Assembly (NCBI GenBank): GCA_934500865.1
Contig: CAKSUD010000008.1
Coordinates: forward strand, 1 to 32,000
Length of the DNA stretch: 32,000 nucleotides
Direction of reading: 5' to 3'
From: an uncultured Clostridia bacterium
GTDB taxonomy: Bacteria; Bacillota; Clostridia; TANB77; RGIG9151
Within the stretch, counting starts at the first letter, position 1; each line of letters starts with the position of its first letter. Below the pieces are notes generated by a model. It did no database searches. It saw nothing but the letters and a program-made list of their open reading frames with translations, and had not been told where the DNA came from. Made by a program: the position numbers and the translations under genes. This document shows positions 16,999 to 25,239 of this stretch, piece after piece.

Positions 16999-17577
16999 AT
17001 GTTGGAAGAGATGCGACTTTTTGCTAGGCAAAGTTGGATTCCGGTAATCCTAGATGATTCACTGGAATACATAGAAAACCTCCTTAGCAAGAAAAGTGTG
17101 AAAAATATACTTGAAATTGGTACTGCAATTGGATATTCGGCTATATGTTTTTCAAAGTTTTTGACGGATGATGGGAAAATTGACACTATTGAAATTGATA
17201 AGCAGAGAATAATGTTGGCGAAGGCTAATATTGATATGTATAAGTTGAATGACAAAATTAATATTATTGAGGGAGATGCGCTAACGGTACTTCCTAAGTT
17301 AAATAAAAAGTATGATTTTATATTTATAGATGGACCTAAGAGTCATTATATTGAATATTTGCCACTGTGCCTTAAAATGTTAAATGATTATGGAGTAATT
17401 ATTGCTGATAATGTAAATTACAAAGGTATGGTAAAAGGTGAAGAAAAGGTTAAACATAAACAAAGAACAGCAGTGATGAGATTACGAGAATTTATTGATA
17501 AAGTAAAAAATGATGAAAGTTTAAATAGCGAGTTAGTTGATATTGGCGATGGAATTTTAGTTATAACTAAAAAGTAG
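16999..17577 (+). CDS. trmR: Class I SAM-dependent O-methyltransferase, YrrM/TrmR-like
   Basis: SAM-binding motif ILEIGTAIGYSAI matches B. subtilis YrrM. It lies directly upstream of a U32 peptidase gene, as in the yrrM-yrrN-yrrO locus. Confidence 0.75.
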   Translation: MLEEMRLFARQSWIPVILDDSLEYIENLLSKKSVKNILEIGTAIGYSAICFSKFLTDDGKIDTIEIDKQRIMLAKANIDMYKLNDKINIIEGDALTVLPKLNKKYDFIFIDGPKSHYIEYLPLCLKMLNDYGVIIADNVNYKGMVKGEEKVKHKQRTAVMRLREFIDKVKNDESLNSELVDIGDGILVITKK

Positions 17578-17591
17578 AAGGAGAATGAATT

Positions 17592-18824
17592 ATGAAAAAA
17601 CCAGAATTACTTGCCCCAGCGGGTACATTTGAACGTGCAAAAATTGCATATTTATATGGAGCGGATGCAGTATATGCAGGAACTGCTGATTTATCTTTAA
17701 GAACAAGGGTTAACATTAATAATGATGAGTTTGTTAAGATTGTTGAACTTGCAAAAAAAATGAACAAAAAGATTTATGCTGCCATGAATATATATGCATT
17801 TGATAAGGATTATGAAAAGGTTAAAACTCAAGCTAAGATTTTAAATGATATGGGTGTTGACGCTGTAATTGTTAGTGATGGCGGAGTTTTAGACATAGTC
17901 CGTGAATATGCTCCGAATGTTGATGTCCATATTAGTACACAAGCTAACACAGTAAGTTTAGGTACTTGTGAATTTTGGAGAAGAAATGGTGCAAAGAGAG
18001 TTATTTTGGCTCGTGAGCTTTCAAGAGATAAAATTAAATATATGATGGAGAATAAATCTCCCGATTTGGAGTTAGAAATGTTTATTCATGGCGCTGTTTG
18101 TGTTGGTTATTCCGGAAGATGCATTTTAAGTAATTATTTAATCGGACGTGCTTCAAACCAAGGTGACTGCGCACAACCTTGTAGATGGAACTATAATGTG
18201 TATATTGAAGAAAAGAATAATCCTGGGAAATTGTTACCCGTCGAGGAAGATGGAAGAGGTACATACTTACTTTCTGCTAAGGATTTATGCTTAATTAATA
18301 GAATCCCTGAAATAGTGGATATGGGTGTTGAAAGTTTAAAAATTGAAGGAAGATTAAAGACAGAATATTATCTTGCAACAGTAGTTAATGCGTATAGATG
18401 TGCTATTGATGACTATTTAGCTAATAAGGCTAGTTGGAGTCCTGAAAAGTACCAAGTAGAGTTAGATAAGGCTATGAGCAGGAAATACAGTGAGTTATTC
18501 TATGACAGAGAGGATAACAAAGATATTCAAAATTACGATGATGATGGCAGAAGTACTGTTCCGTATGAATACGGCGCTAAAGTTTTAGAGAAAAAAGACG
18601 GATTGTCCATAGTAGAAGTTAGAAATAAACTTCAAGTTGGTTCACAATACGAAATGATTATTCCTGGAAAAATTGAACCTGAAATTATTACTATTGGTGA
18701 ATTGTATAACATTGATACAAATGAAAAAATTGATGTTGTAAATCCGGGAAAGGCGGAGCAAAAAGTTCTAATGAAGTTACCGGATAGCGCCGAAAATAAT
18801 TATATAATTCGCAGAAGGAAGTAA
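17592..18824 (+). CDS. Peptidase U32 family protein (YrrO/TrhP-like, tRNA ho5U-associated family)
   Basis: U32 N-terminus (KPELLAPAG...GADAVY). Conserved Cys cluster (GDCAQPCRW). Synteny with the trmR-like gene. Confidence 0.85.
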   Translation: MKKPELLAPAGTFERAKIAYLYGADAVYAGTADLSLRTRVNINNDEFVKIVELAKKMNKKIYAAMNIYAFDKDYEKVKTQAKILNDMGVDAVIVSDGGVLDIVREYAPNVDVHISTQANTVSLGTCEFWRRNGAKRVILARELSRDKIKYMMENKSPDLELEMFIHGAVCVGYSGRCILSNYLIGRASNQGDCAQPCRWNYNVYIEEKNNPGKLLPVEEDGRGTYLLSAKDLCLINRIPEIVDMGVESLKIEGRLKTEYYLATVVNAYRCAIDDYLANKASWSPEKYQVELDKAMSRKYSELFYDREDNKDIQNYDDDGRSTVPYEYGAKVLEKKDGLSIVEVRNKLQVGSQYEMIIPGKIEPEIITIGELYNIDTNEKIDVVNPGKAEQKVLMKLPDSAENNYIIRRRK

Positions 18825-18838
18825 TTTTGGAGGTTACT

Positions 18839-19999
18839 ATGAAATTTAACAAAAGAAAATTTTTTAAGAATATATTTTTATTAATTTTATTTATCGCTTT
18901 GGTTGTGTGTGGAATTTATTTGTGGAAGACTCCTGAGGCGAGAAATAATATTTATGAGTATTATTCAAAGATACTTGCAAGTTTTTCTGAGGAAGAAGTT
19001 ATAGATGCAACAGAAATCTTTTCTATATCATATGATCCCGCTATTCAAACAGCGATAGTTCCAGGCAAAGATGGTATGCTTGTTATAAATAAGAATGGTA
19101 TTTCTGAATACACTTCTACTAAAAATCCTGTATGGGTTAAAGAAATGAATATATCTAATCCACTTATTGATGCTAATAATAACAGATTTATTATTGCAGA
19201 GTCAGGTGGAAAGAAAATTATGTCTTTCCAAAATAGAACTATGTTATGGGAGACAGAACTTCAAAATGATATTAAGAAAATTACTGTAAATAAAGATGGA
19301 TATGTTGGTGTTATATTTTCACAGGTTGGATACAAAAGTGGATTTTTATTTTTAGATCCAACGGGCAAAGAAATATTTAGAAAATTATTTGCTAATACGA
19401 CTTTGGTTGATGCAGACATATCTCCAAAGGGCGATTTGGTGGCTATGATTGAGGCTGATGTTAGTAGCGCAATTATTAATTCTGCGATTTCCTTTATGTC
19501 TAGTAATGGTCAAATTGTGTATTCTGAAATAGAGGATGACGTTTTGATGTCTGGAATAAGATTCATTGATAGCTCTAATGTTATTGCAGTTGGTGATAAT
19601 AAATTAGTTAAAATTGATAAAAACTATCAAAAGACAATATTTGATGATTTTTCTAATAAGACTGTTTCCGGAATTAACCTTGAAAATGAGGGGAAGATTA
19701 TAGAGACATATAGAGAAGCAACTAGTATATTTGCAAATAAGTCAACAATTGACATTCTTAATGTAAACAATAAAAAAACCGGAACGGGAGAGGTTGCCGG
19801 AGTGGTAAAGTCTATTGAAAGTTCGGGGAAAACTATAGCTGTTGTTTTGGCTGACAGAGTTGATTTTTTTGATATTAGTGGTAAATACTTAAACACATTA
19901 AATATTTCAGGTAAATATAAGTCAATAAAGTTATATAATAAAGGTAATTATGCTTGTATGGATTTAACTGACGTTTTAAGATTTGTAAAAATAAGATAG
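18839..19999 (+). CDS. Membrane-anchored hypothetical protein, possibly beta-propeller-like
   Basis: The ATG at 18839 lies 5 nt after GGAGG. N-terminal TM helix. Recurrent N/D-x-x-G-x-hydrophobic segments (NKNGISEY, NKDGYVGV, SPKGDLVAM, SSNGQIVY). Confidence 0.7.
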   Translation: MKFNKRKFFKNIFLLILFIALVVCGIYLWKTPEARNNIYEYYSKILASFSEEEVIDATEIFSISYDPAIQTAIVPGKDGMLVINKNGISEYTSTKNPVWVKEMNISNPLIDANNNRFIIAESGGKKIMSFQNRTMLWETELQNDIKKITVNKDGYVGVIFSQVGYKSGFLFLDPTGKEIFRKLFANTTLVDADISPKGDLVAMIEADVSSAIINSAISFMSSNGQIVYSEIEDDVLMSGIRFIDSSNVIAVGDNKLVKIDKNYQKTIFDDFSNKTVSGINLENEGKIIETYREATSIFANKSTIDILNVNNKKTGTGEVAGVVKSIESSGKTIAVVLADRVDFFDISGKYLNTLNISGKYKSIKLYNKGNYACMDLTDVLRFVKIR

Positions 20000-20021
20000 A
20001 AGTAAAGGAATGATTTTGACT

Positions 20022-20630
20022 ATGTCATTTACATCTGAAATTAAAGAAGAATTAACCAAATTAAATAGTTTAAAAGATGAGAAAAAAGACTTTCTTAGGA
20101 GAGTCTTTTTATTAGATGGATATATTGCTAACCCTGAAAAAGAGTATCATCTTGAAATATTAACTGACGAGAAAAGTTTAGCGGATATTATTTGCGAAAT
20201 ATTAAAAGAATATAATATAAATGCAAAGGTTATTGAAAAGAAATATAAGTTTGCTACTTATGTTAAAGAGGCGGACAGTATAGCACTTTTCTTAAATATA
20301 ATTGGTGCTCACAATTCGTTATTTAAGTTTGAGGATGCCAAAGTAGTTCATGAAATGAATAATCAGATTAATAGAGTGGTTAATTGTGAAACTGCTAACT
20401 TATCTAAAATAGTAAATACAGCTGTTAGGCAGGTTGAAGCTATAAAGAAAATAAAAAATAAACTTGGTTTTAATAATTTGCCGGATAATTTAAAAGAAAT
20501 TGCCGAAGTACGTTTGAAAAATCCGGAAGTTAGTTTGATGGAACTGGGTAAATTGTTAAATCCTCCACTAGGAAAATCCGGGGTTAATCATAGGCTAAAG
20601 AAACTTGAGGAAATTGCTGAGAGTTTATGA
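20022..20630 (+). CDS. whiA: WhiA-family DNA-binding protein, short form (~202 aa)
   Basis: The MSFTSEIKEELTK start matches the WhiA N-terminus. FLNIIGAHNSLFKFEDAKVVHEMNNQINRVVNCETANL and the C-terminal HTH (KSGVNHRLKKLEEIA) match WhiA. About 110 aa of the usual first LAGLIDADG-like domain are absent. Confidence 0.8.
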   Translation: MSFTSEIKEELTKLNSLKDEKKDFLRRVFLLDGYIANPEKEYHLEILTDEKSLADIICEILKEYNINAKVIEKKYKFATYVKEADSIALFLNIIGAHNSLFKFEDAKVVHEMNNQINRVVNCETANLSKIVNTAVRQVEAIKKIKNKLGFNNLPDNLKEIAEVRLKNPEVSLMELGKLLNPPLGKSGVNHRLKKLEEIAESL

Positions 20631-21101
20631 AGGATTTACCCCAATTATATGTAAAAATCTTATTTTTTCGAATGAATAGGTGTTAAGATTTCTCATATAG
20701 GCATCGAAATCGTGCGAGGCAACGAAAATATTATCTTTGGTTATGGCATTTACAAATAACGAGTGATAAAACCTTTCTGAGTTTCCTAGTTGAATTATAT
20801 CTGCAACTTGTATTTCGTTTTTTGGTACTTCTGTTGCAAATGGACCGGGACCGGTATTATTAACTAAAAAGTTATATAGATATTGTACTCCTGTCCAAGA
20901 GGGGCTACGTTGAGTTGAGTTTATGTAGTACCAACCAAATGTAGGTGTGAAATTCATAACTTTACTTCCGGCATAGATACATTGAGACACAAAACTTGTA
21001 CAGTCTCCACCTACTTTATCGAAAGCATAGTAAGCCGGATTTCTTGAGTATGCCCACTTTTTTGCGTAGGCGAGTGCATCTTTACGAATATATTCTTTCA
21101 T
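20625..21101 (-). CDS. Putative amidase-domain protein (Amidase_6 / NlpC-P60-like Cys-His)
   Basis: GGDCTSFVSQCIYAG and downstream YHSLFV are typical of the putative-amidase-domain family. Its stop region overlaps the whiA stop by 6 nt (convergent). Confidence 0.65.
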   Translation of the reverse strand: MKEYIRKDALAYAKKWAYSRNPAYYAFDKVGGDCTSFVSQCIYAGSKVMNFTPTFGWYYINSTQRSPSWTGVQYLYNFLVNNTGPGPFATEVPKNEIQVADIIQLGNSERFYHSLFVNAITKDNIFVASHDFDAYMRNLNTYSFEKIRFLHIIGVNPS

Positions 21102-21175
21102 AGTTATTTCTCCTTTGAAATATTTTAGAATATACTATGAAATAATATTTTAGAATGTTAAGGAGGTTCTTTTAA

Positions 21176-22102
21176 TTGGATAAAAAAAGATTAATAATTC
21201 CAATAATATTTTTAATTATATGTATAGCAATTGTTTCAGTATTTTCATATAAAAAGGAAGTGTATGAAAAATCTCCAACTTTAAGTGTTTTAATGATGCA
21301 TGTTGTGTGCGATGAAATGCCGGAAGATAGGTCTTTATCCGGACTATATATAACAACAGATATGCTAGATAGATATTTGAAGTATTTTAAAGAACGCGAT
21401 TATAATGTTGTGACATTGGATGAGGCTTATAATATTTTTAAAAATGATATTCCTGTTGAAAATAATAAGTTGTTGGTTTATACATTTGATGATGGATATA
21501 TGGATAACTACACAAAAGGTTTTGATATTTTAAAAAAGTATAATGCAAAGTTTAATTTAAATATTATTGCTAGATATACTGATGAACAGTATCCTAATTA
21601 TTTAACTTGGGAACAGGTAGAAAAGATGAATGAGTCTGGTTTAATGGAGCTCGGAAATCATACTTACGATTCACACATATATACCGAGGATTATAAAGGG
21701 GACAGTGTTCCGATTTTGAAGGCGCTTTTACCCGGAGAGAGTAAAGTGGAGCGGGAAGTAAGAATATTATCTGATTTAAAAAAGGCTGATGAATATATCA
21801 GCCAAAGAGGAAACAATGGTAAAAAGATTAATGTGATGGCATATCCTTATGGAGTACCGCCAAAAGATATGCAAGGTAAAATCGCGGACACATTAAATTA
21901 TTATATAGAACTTATGGTGACACCTGGAGTAAATAGAAGTGTTAATGATTTTGACGGACTTCACAGGTTTGTCGTGGATGGGTTCGAGACTCCTGAAAAA
22001 TTAGAACAAAGAATGGAATTCTATAAGGGACTTAATTTCCTTAATAAGAAAAGCACTTCTTTGCGTGAATTAGTTAAATCGTTAATTTATTTTAATTTTT
22101 AA
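21176..22102 (+). CDS. Polysaccharide deacetylase (NodB homology domain), membrane-anchored
   Basis: TTG start 9 nt after AGGAGG. N-terminal TM helix. Motifs TFDDGY, GNHTYDSH and YPYG. Confidence 0.8.
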   Translation: MDKKRLIIPIIFLIICIAIVSVFSYKKEVYEKSPTLSVLMMHVVCDEMPEDRSLSGLYITTDMLDRYLKYFKERDYNVVTLDEAYNIFKNDIPVENNKLLVYTFDDGYMDNYTKGFDILKKYNAKFNLNIIARYTDEQYPNYLTWEQVEKMNESGLMELGNHTYDSHIYTEDYKGDSVPILKALLPGESKVEREVRILSDLKKADEYISQRGNNGKKINVMAYPYGVPPKDMQGKIADTLNYYIELMVTPGVNRSVNDFDGLHRFVVDGFETPEKLEQRMEFYKGLNFLNKKSTSLRELVKSLIYFNF

Positions 22103-22372
22103 TTCTTGACCTATCTGGATATTAGAGCTAATTTGATTTAGCTCTTTTATTTCGCTAATTTTACTTCTTATATCTATATTATCATAGTTATATTTTTTAG
22201 CTATATTCCATAAAGTATCACCTTTAGCAATTACAATTGTGTCATACTCCGGCATATTATTTCCGGAAGCGGAGTCATGAAAAATTAGCAAAAAAGCAAA
22301 TGACGTTGCTAATACAAAAACGACAGCTAAAAATAGTCTTAATGGATTTTTTAGATAAATTCTTTTTTTCAT
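22082..22372 (-). CDS. TM plus LysM protein, YneA-like candidate SOS cell-division inhibitor
   Basis: 96 aa with an N-terminal TM helix and a C-terminal LysM domain (IVIAKGDTLWNIAKKY...IQIGQELKI). Two LexA-type boxes lie in its promoter. Confidence 0.7.
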   Translation of the reverse strand: MKKRIYLKNPLRLFLAVVFVLATSFAFLLIFHDSASGNNMPEYDTIVIAKGDTLWNIAKKYNYDNIDIRSKISEIKELNQISSNIQIGQELKIKIN

Positions 22373-22388
22373 ATGTATCTCTCCTTTG

Positions 22389-22402
22389 CGAACGATTGTT
22401 CT
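22389..22402. promoter_or_regulatory. LexA (Cheo/SOS) box 1
   Basis: CGAACgattGTTCt fits the Gram-positive consensus CGAAC-N4-GTTCG. It sits at the predicted TSS of the LysM gene. Confidence 0.7.
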
Positions 22403-22410
22403 AAATATAT

Positions 22411-22437
22411 ATTATACGAACATCGATTCGATGTCAA
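22411..22437 (-). promoter_or_regulatory. Candidate promoter of the LysM gene
   Basis: On the minus strand: TTGACA, 15-nt spacer, TATAAT. The hexamers are consensus but the spacer is short. Confidence 0.45.
22417..22430. promoter_or_regulatory. LexA (Cheo/SOS) box 2
   Basis: CGAACatcgATTCG (one mismatch in the right half-site). It lies in the spacer between the -35 and -10 of the LysM gene promoter. Confidence 0.55.
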
Positions 22438-22460
22438 GAGAAAAACGAAAAAATATTCGA

Positions 22461-22494
22461 AAAAGAAAATCTGCCCGGATAAATCCGAGCAGAT
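22461..22494 (-). terminator. Intrinsic terminator (minus strand) after the small basic ORF
   Basis: An 11-bp stem (one mismatch), ATCTGCCCGGA/TCCGAGCAGAT, followed on the minus strand by TTTCTTTT. Confidence 0.6.
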
Positions 22495-22505
22495 AATATA
22501 GTTTT

Positions 22506-22733
22506 TTAGCGGAATGCCTTAAATCGCAGGTACTTCGTGTGATTTTGTCTAAATCTTTTATCAACAGTCATTTTTCTTTCATATTGTCTATTTAAACTTC
22601 CGTTTTTCAAACGCCTAAAATGGTTCTTCCTGTTTGAACAGCAAGGGTGGTTGTAATACCGAGGGGGAAGTGCAACCATAAAGTAGATGCAAAGGACGAA
22701 GATGGGTGTTGAGTGGGCTGTAGAAGATGCCAT
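22506..22733 (-). CDS. Small basic protein (75 aa) of uncertain reality; may instead be, or overlap, a structured RNA
   Basis: AAGGAGG lies 8 nt upstream of the ATG. Promoter-like TTTACA-17-TATATT sits at 22791-22819 and a terminator lies downstream. However, the first ~35 codons are rich in C-ending codons, unlike neighbouring genes. Confidence 0.35.
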   Translation of the reverse strand: MASSTAHSTPIFVLCIYFMVALPPRYYNHPCCSNRKNHFRRLKNGSLNRQYERKMTVDKRFRQNHTKYLRFKAFR

Positions 22734-22836
22734 TTGTTTTTCCTCCTTAAAATAGAAAAAGAGTAATCATTGTATTATTATCGCACCCCTAATATATCAT
22801 ATATTTATTTTTTTGTAAATAAAAATAAAAAAACTG

Positions 22837-22863
22837 TTAAGTTTATAAATTTAAAGCCGATAA
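22837..22863 (+). promoter_or_regulatory. Sigma-D (sigma-28)-type promoter upstream of fliK
   Basis: tTAAg, 14-nt spacer (15 nt if the -35 is read as TTAA), GCCGATAA. The B. subtilis SigD consensus as I recall it is TAAA-N15-GCCGATAT. Confidence 0.5.
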
Positions 22864-22909
22864 GTGTAGAGTAAGAAGGATGTATAAAATTCGGAAGGTG
22901 GTGATAGGT

Positions 22910-24211
22910 ATGGATGCCGCCTTGGTTACAAGGATGTTTAATGTTGGGTACAGTGTTAAGAGTGAACCTCCCAAGGACGTTTTAGTAAAAAAGGATTCTG
23001 ATTTTAAAGATGTATTATCTAAGAATATGAAAGATGTAAAAAGTGAAGATAATAAAGTAAATAAGGATGTTAAAAAAGAAGATACTGAAAAAATAAAGAC
23101 GGATGAAAACAAGGATATTGATAAGAAAGACGTAAAGAGAAAAGATAAAAAGGATGATAAAAAAGTTAAAGACAGTGAAGATAACGAGACGGAAAAAATT
23201 AATGGATTGATAGAACAAAGATTAGAGAATGTTAAAAATGAACAGGATTTGGATATTAAGGTTGAGGAAGTTGAAAAGATAGATATTGAAATTAAGGACG
23301 TAGATTTACAGGAAGATGAAAATATAGGATTTGGAGAAAATATTGACGAAGTTGGCCCACAAAGCGTGGAAACGGAGAAAATAACGTTAAATGAATTTGA
23401 GAAGTTGGAAAGTAAGTTGGATTCTTTGTCGGAAAGGTTAGGGAGAACCAATGAGGATATTAATAATAAATTAAAGACAGATGAAGCGGGAGAAGAAGAG
23501 CCTACTGAAGAGGAAAACGAGGAAGATGCTTTTTCGTCTGTTAATATTAATGAGGATGTTAACTATGCAAATAGCAAGGACGTAGAAGACAAGACTGTTA
23601 AAAATAAGGAAAGCAAGATTAAAATAACGGATTTTAGAGGAAGTAAGACGTTTAATGATGAGTTTAAAATGACAGAAATGGATGTTAAAAATGAAAATAT
23701 AGAAATTCCAAAGTTTGATATAACGGGTACAAATAATGTAATAATGAGTAAGGCTGATAAATTACAAGAGCAAATTGACGTTTTAAAGCAAATTACCGAG
23801 AAGGTTGACGTTAATATTCTTGAAGATAAGTCAGAGATGCTTATTAAACTTAAACCTGATAATTTAGGAAAAGTTACGATGCAAATTTCAGTGGAAAATG
23901 GAAATATATCCGCTAAATTTTTAGCTGAGAGTCAAAAGGTTAAAGAGATTTTAGAATCTAATATGCAAGAACTAAAAGATCAATTGGCTAAGCAAGGAAT
24001 GGCTGTTCAAGAAATGAGCGTTTCTGTTGGAAATGATAATAGGGAACGTCAAATGTTTGAAGGAAGAAATTTCGGCACATTTAATAGACACAGCCGAATT
24101 AATAGAATTGAGAACAATTCGTATTCTATTAATGGGGAAGTATATGATGATGCAAATGACGAAAATTTAGCACATTATTGGCCAGATAGTACTGTTAGTT
24201 TTTCGGCATAG
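22910..24211 (+). CDS. fliK: Flagellar hook-length control protein FliK
   Basis: C-terminal Flg_hook domain (LIKLKPDNLGKVTMQISVENGNISAKFLAESQKVKEILESNMQELKDQL). Long K/D/E-rich N-terminal region. The ATG at 22910 is preceded by GGAAGGTGGTGA. Confidence 0.8.
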   Translation: MDAALVTRMFNVGYSVKSEPPKDVLVKKDSDFKDVLSKNMKDVKSEDNKVNKDVKKEDTEKIKTDENKDIDKKDVKRKDKKDDKKVKDSEDNETEKINGLIEQRLENVKNEQDLDIKVEEVEKIDIEIKDVDLQEDENIGFGENIDEVGPQSVETEKITLNEFEKLESKLDSLSERLGRTNEDINNKLKTDEAGEEEPTEEENEEDAFSSVNINEDVNYANSKDVEDKTVKNKESKIKITDFRGSKTFNDEFKMTEMDVKNENIEIPKFDITGTNNVIMSKADKLQEQIDVLKQITEKVDVNILEDKSEMLIKLKPDNLGKVTMQISVENGNISAKFLAESQKVKEILESNMQELKDQLAKQGMAVQEMSVSVGNDNRERQMFEGRNFGTFNRHSRINRIENNSYSINGEVYDDANDENLAHYWPDSTVSFSA

Positions 24212-24235
24212 GCTTTAGATAGGAGGACGTGTAAT

Positions 24236-24781
24236 ATGGCGGTTGATGGTGTTAGCAGTAATTTTGATGTAACTCCAAGTGAATATACTGAAGGGAAAGC
24301 TAAAGTTAGTAGCTTGGGAAAAGATGAGTTTTTAAATTTATTAGTTACTCAGCTACAATATCAAGACCCCTTAGACCCTTCCAATGATACTGAATTTATA
24401 GCACAAATGGCTCAGTTTTCATCTCTAGAACAAATGCAGAATTTGAATAATACATTTTCTAATTTTATGTCATATTCATTAGTTGGAAAGTATGCGACTG
24501 CTGAATATGGTACTGGTTCAATTGATGGGTACATAGAGAGTGTTGTAAATGCCGGTGATACCATATATGCGGTTATAGATGGTACAAGCGTAAATATTAA
24601 AGATATATATAAAGTTACAGATGTTGCTGAAGAATTACAAGTGTTAGTTAATATATTAAACGAATTAATAAAGGGAAATAAAGGTACAGAAGGAAACGGA
24701 GAAACAGGAGATAAAACAGAAGATACAGAAAACAAAACAGATAATATTGAAAATAAGACTGAAGACGTGACGACAGAATAG
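24236..24781 (+). CDS. flgD: Flagellar hook assembly/cap protein FlgD
   Basis: Signature LGKDEFLNLLVTQLQYQDPLDPSNDTEFIAQMAQFSSLEQMQNLN. Confidence 0.9.
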   Translation: MAVDGVSSNFDVTPSEYTEGKAKVSSLGKDEFLNLLVTQLQYQDPLDPSNDTEFIAQMAQFSSLEQMQNLNNTFSNFMSYSLVGKYATAEYGTGSIDGYIESVVNAGDTIYAVIDGTSVNIKDIYKVTDVAEELQVLVNILNELIKGNKGTEGNGETGDKTEDTENKTDNIENKTEDVTTE

Positions 24782-24799
24782 AGTAAAACAAACTATGGG

Positions 24800-25198
24800 G
24801 TGGATTTGATGATAATAAATAATAGAATAATTCCTGGAGTTGGCGGTATAGGGAATATCACTTCAGGTAGTCAACCAGCTCACAATGTTACAAAACCTAA
24901 CTCTAATTTTGAAGATATTTTTGCCAAAAAACTTTTTGAAAATAAGGAAGTTAAGTTTTCAAAACACGCAGAGAGCAGGTTGCAAACGAGAAATATTAAT
25001 CTTACCGAAGAACAAAAGGGTAAGTTGAATGACGCTATTAATAAAGCAGGAGAAAAGAATGTTAAAGATTCATTAATTATGTTGGACGACATTGCTTTCG
25101 TAGTTAATGTGAAAGATAAAAATGTTGTTACGGTTATGAATAAGGACGAAATGAAAAATAATGTTTTCACAAATATTGATGGGGCAGTGATAGCATAG
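24800..25198 (+). CDS. Small flagellar operon protein (the family typically found between flgD and flgE in Clostridia and spirochaetes)
   Basis: Position between flgD and flgE. FSKHAESRLQTRNINLTEEQ...IAFVVNVKDKNVVTVM resembles the conserved flagellar operon protein. The start is ambiguous (GTG 24800, TTG 24806 or ATG 24809). Confidence 0.6.
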   Translation: MDLMIINNRIIPGVGGIGNITSGSQPAHNVTKPNSNFEDIFAKKLFENKEVKFSKHAESRLQTRNINLTEEQKGKLNDAINKAGEKNVKDSLIMLDDIAFVVNVKDKNVVTVMNKDEMKNNVFTNIDGAVIA

Positions 25199-25239
25199 GA
25201 CGGTTATTTTTTGCACCTCTTTAAGGAGGAATTTTACAG

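Noticed and set aside
22600-22740. Possible riboswitch upstream of the flagellar hook operon (c-di-GMP-I/II, glycine, SAM-I, T-box). The idea was prompted by strings such as ACAGCAAGGG, ACCGAGGGGGAAGTGCAACC, GCAAAGGACG and GGGTGGT...ACCG.
   Set aside because: Only short fragments resemble the consensus cores. Their order and spacing do not match any of those aptamers as I remember them, and no matching P1 closing helix is present. The SigD-type promoter also lies downstream of the segment. The locus is kept as an unexplained anomaly, not as a named riboswitch.
22950-23300. Repetitive-looking K/D/E-rich DNA (aaagat/gataaa/gaagat runs) that could be mistaken for a tandem repeat or CRISPR-like array.
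   Set aside because: It lies inside the fliK ORF and encodes a low-complexity charged linker. There are no regular repeat-spacer units.
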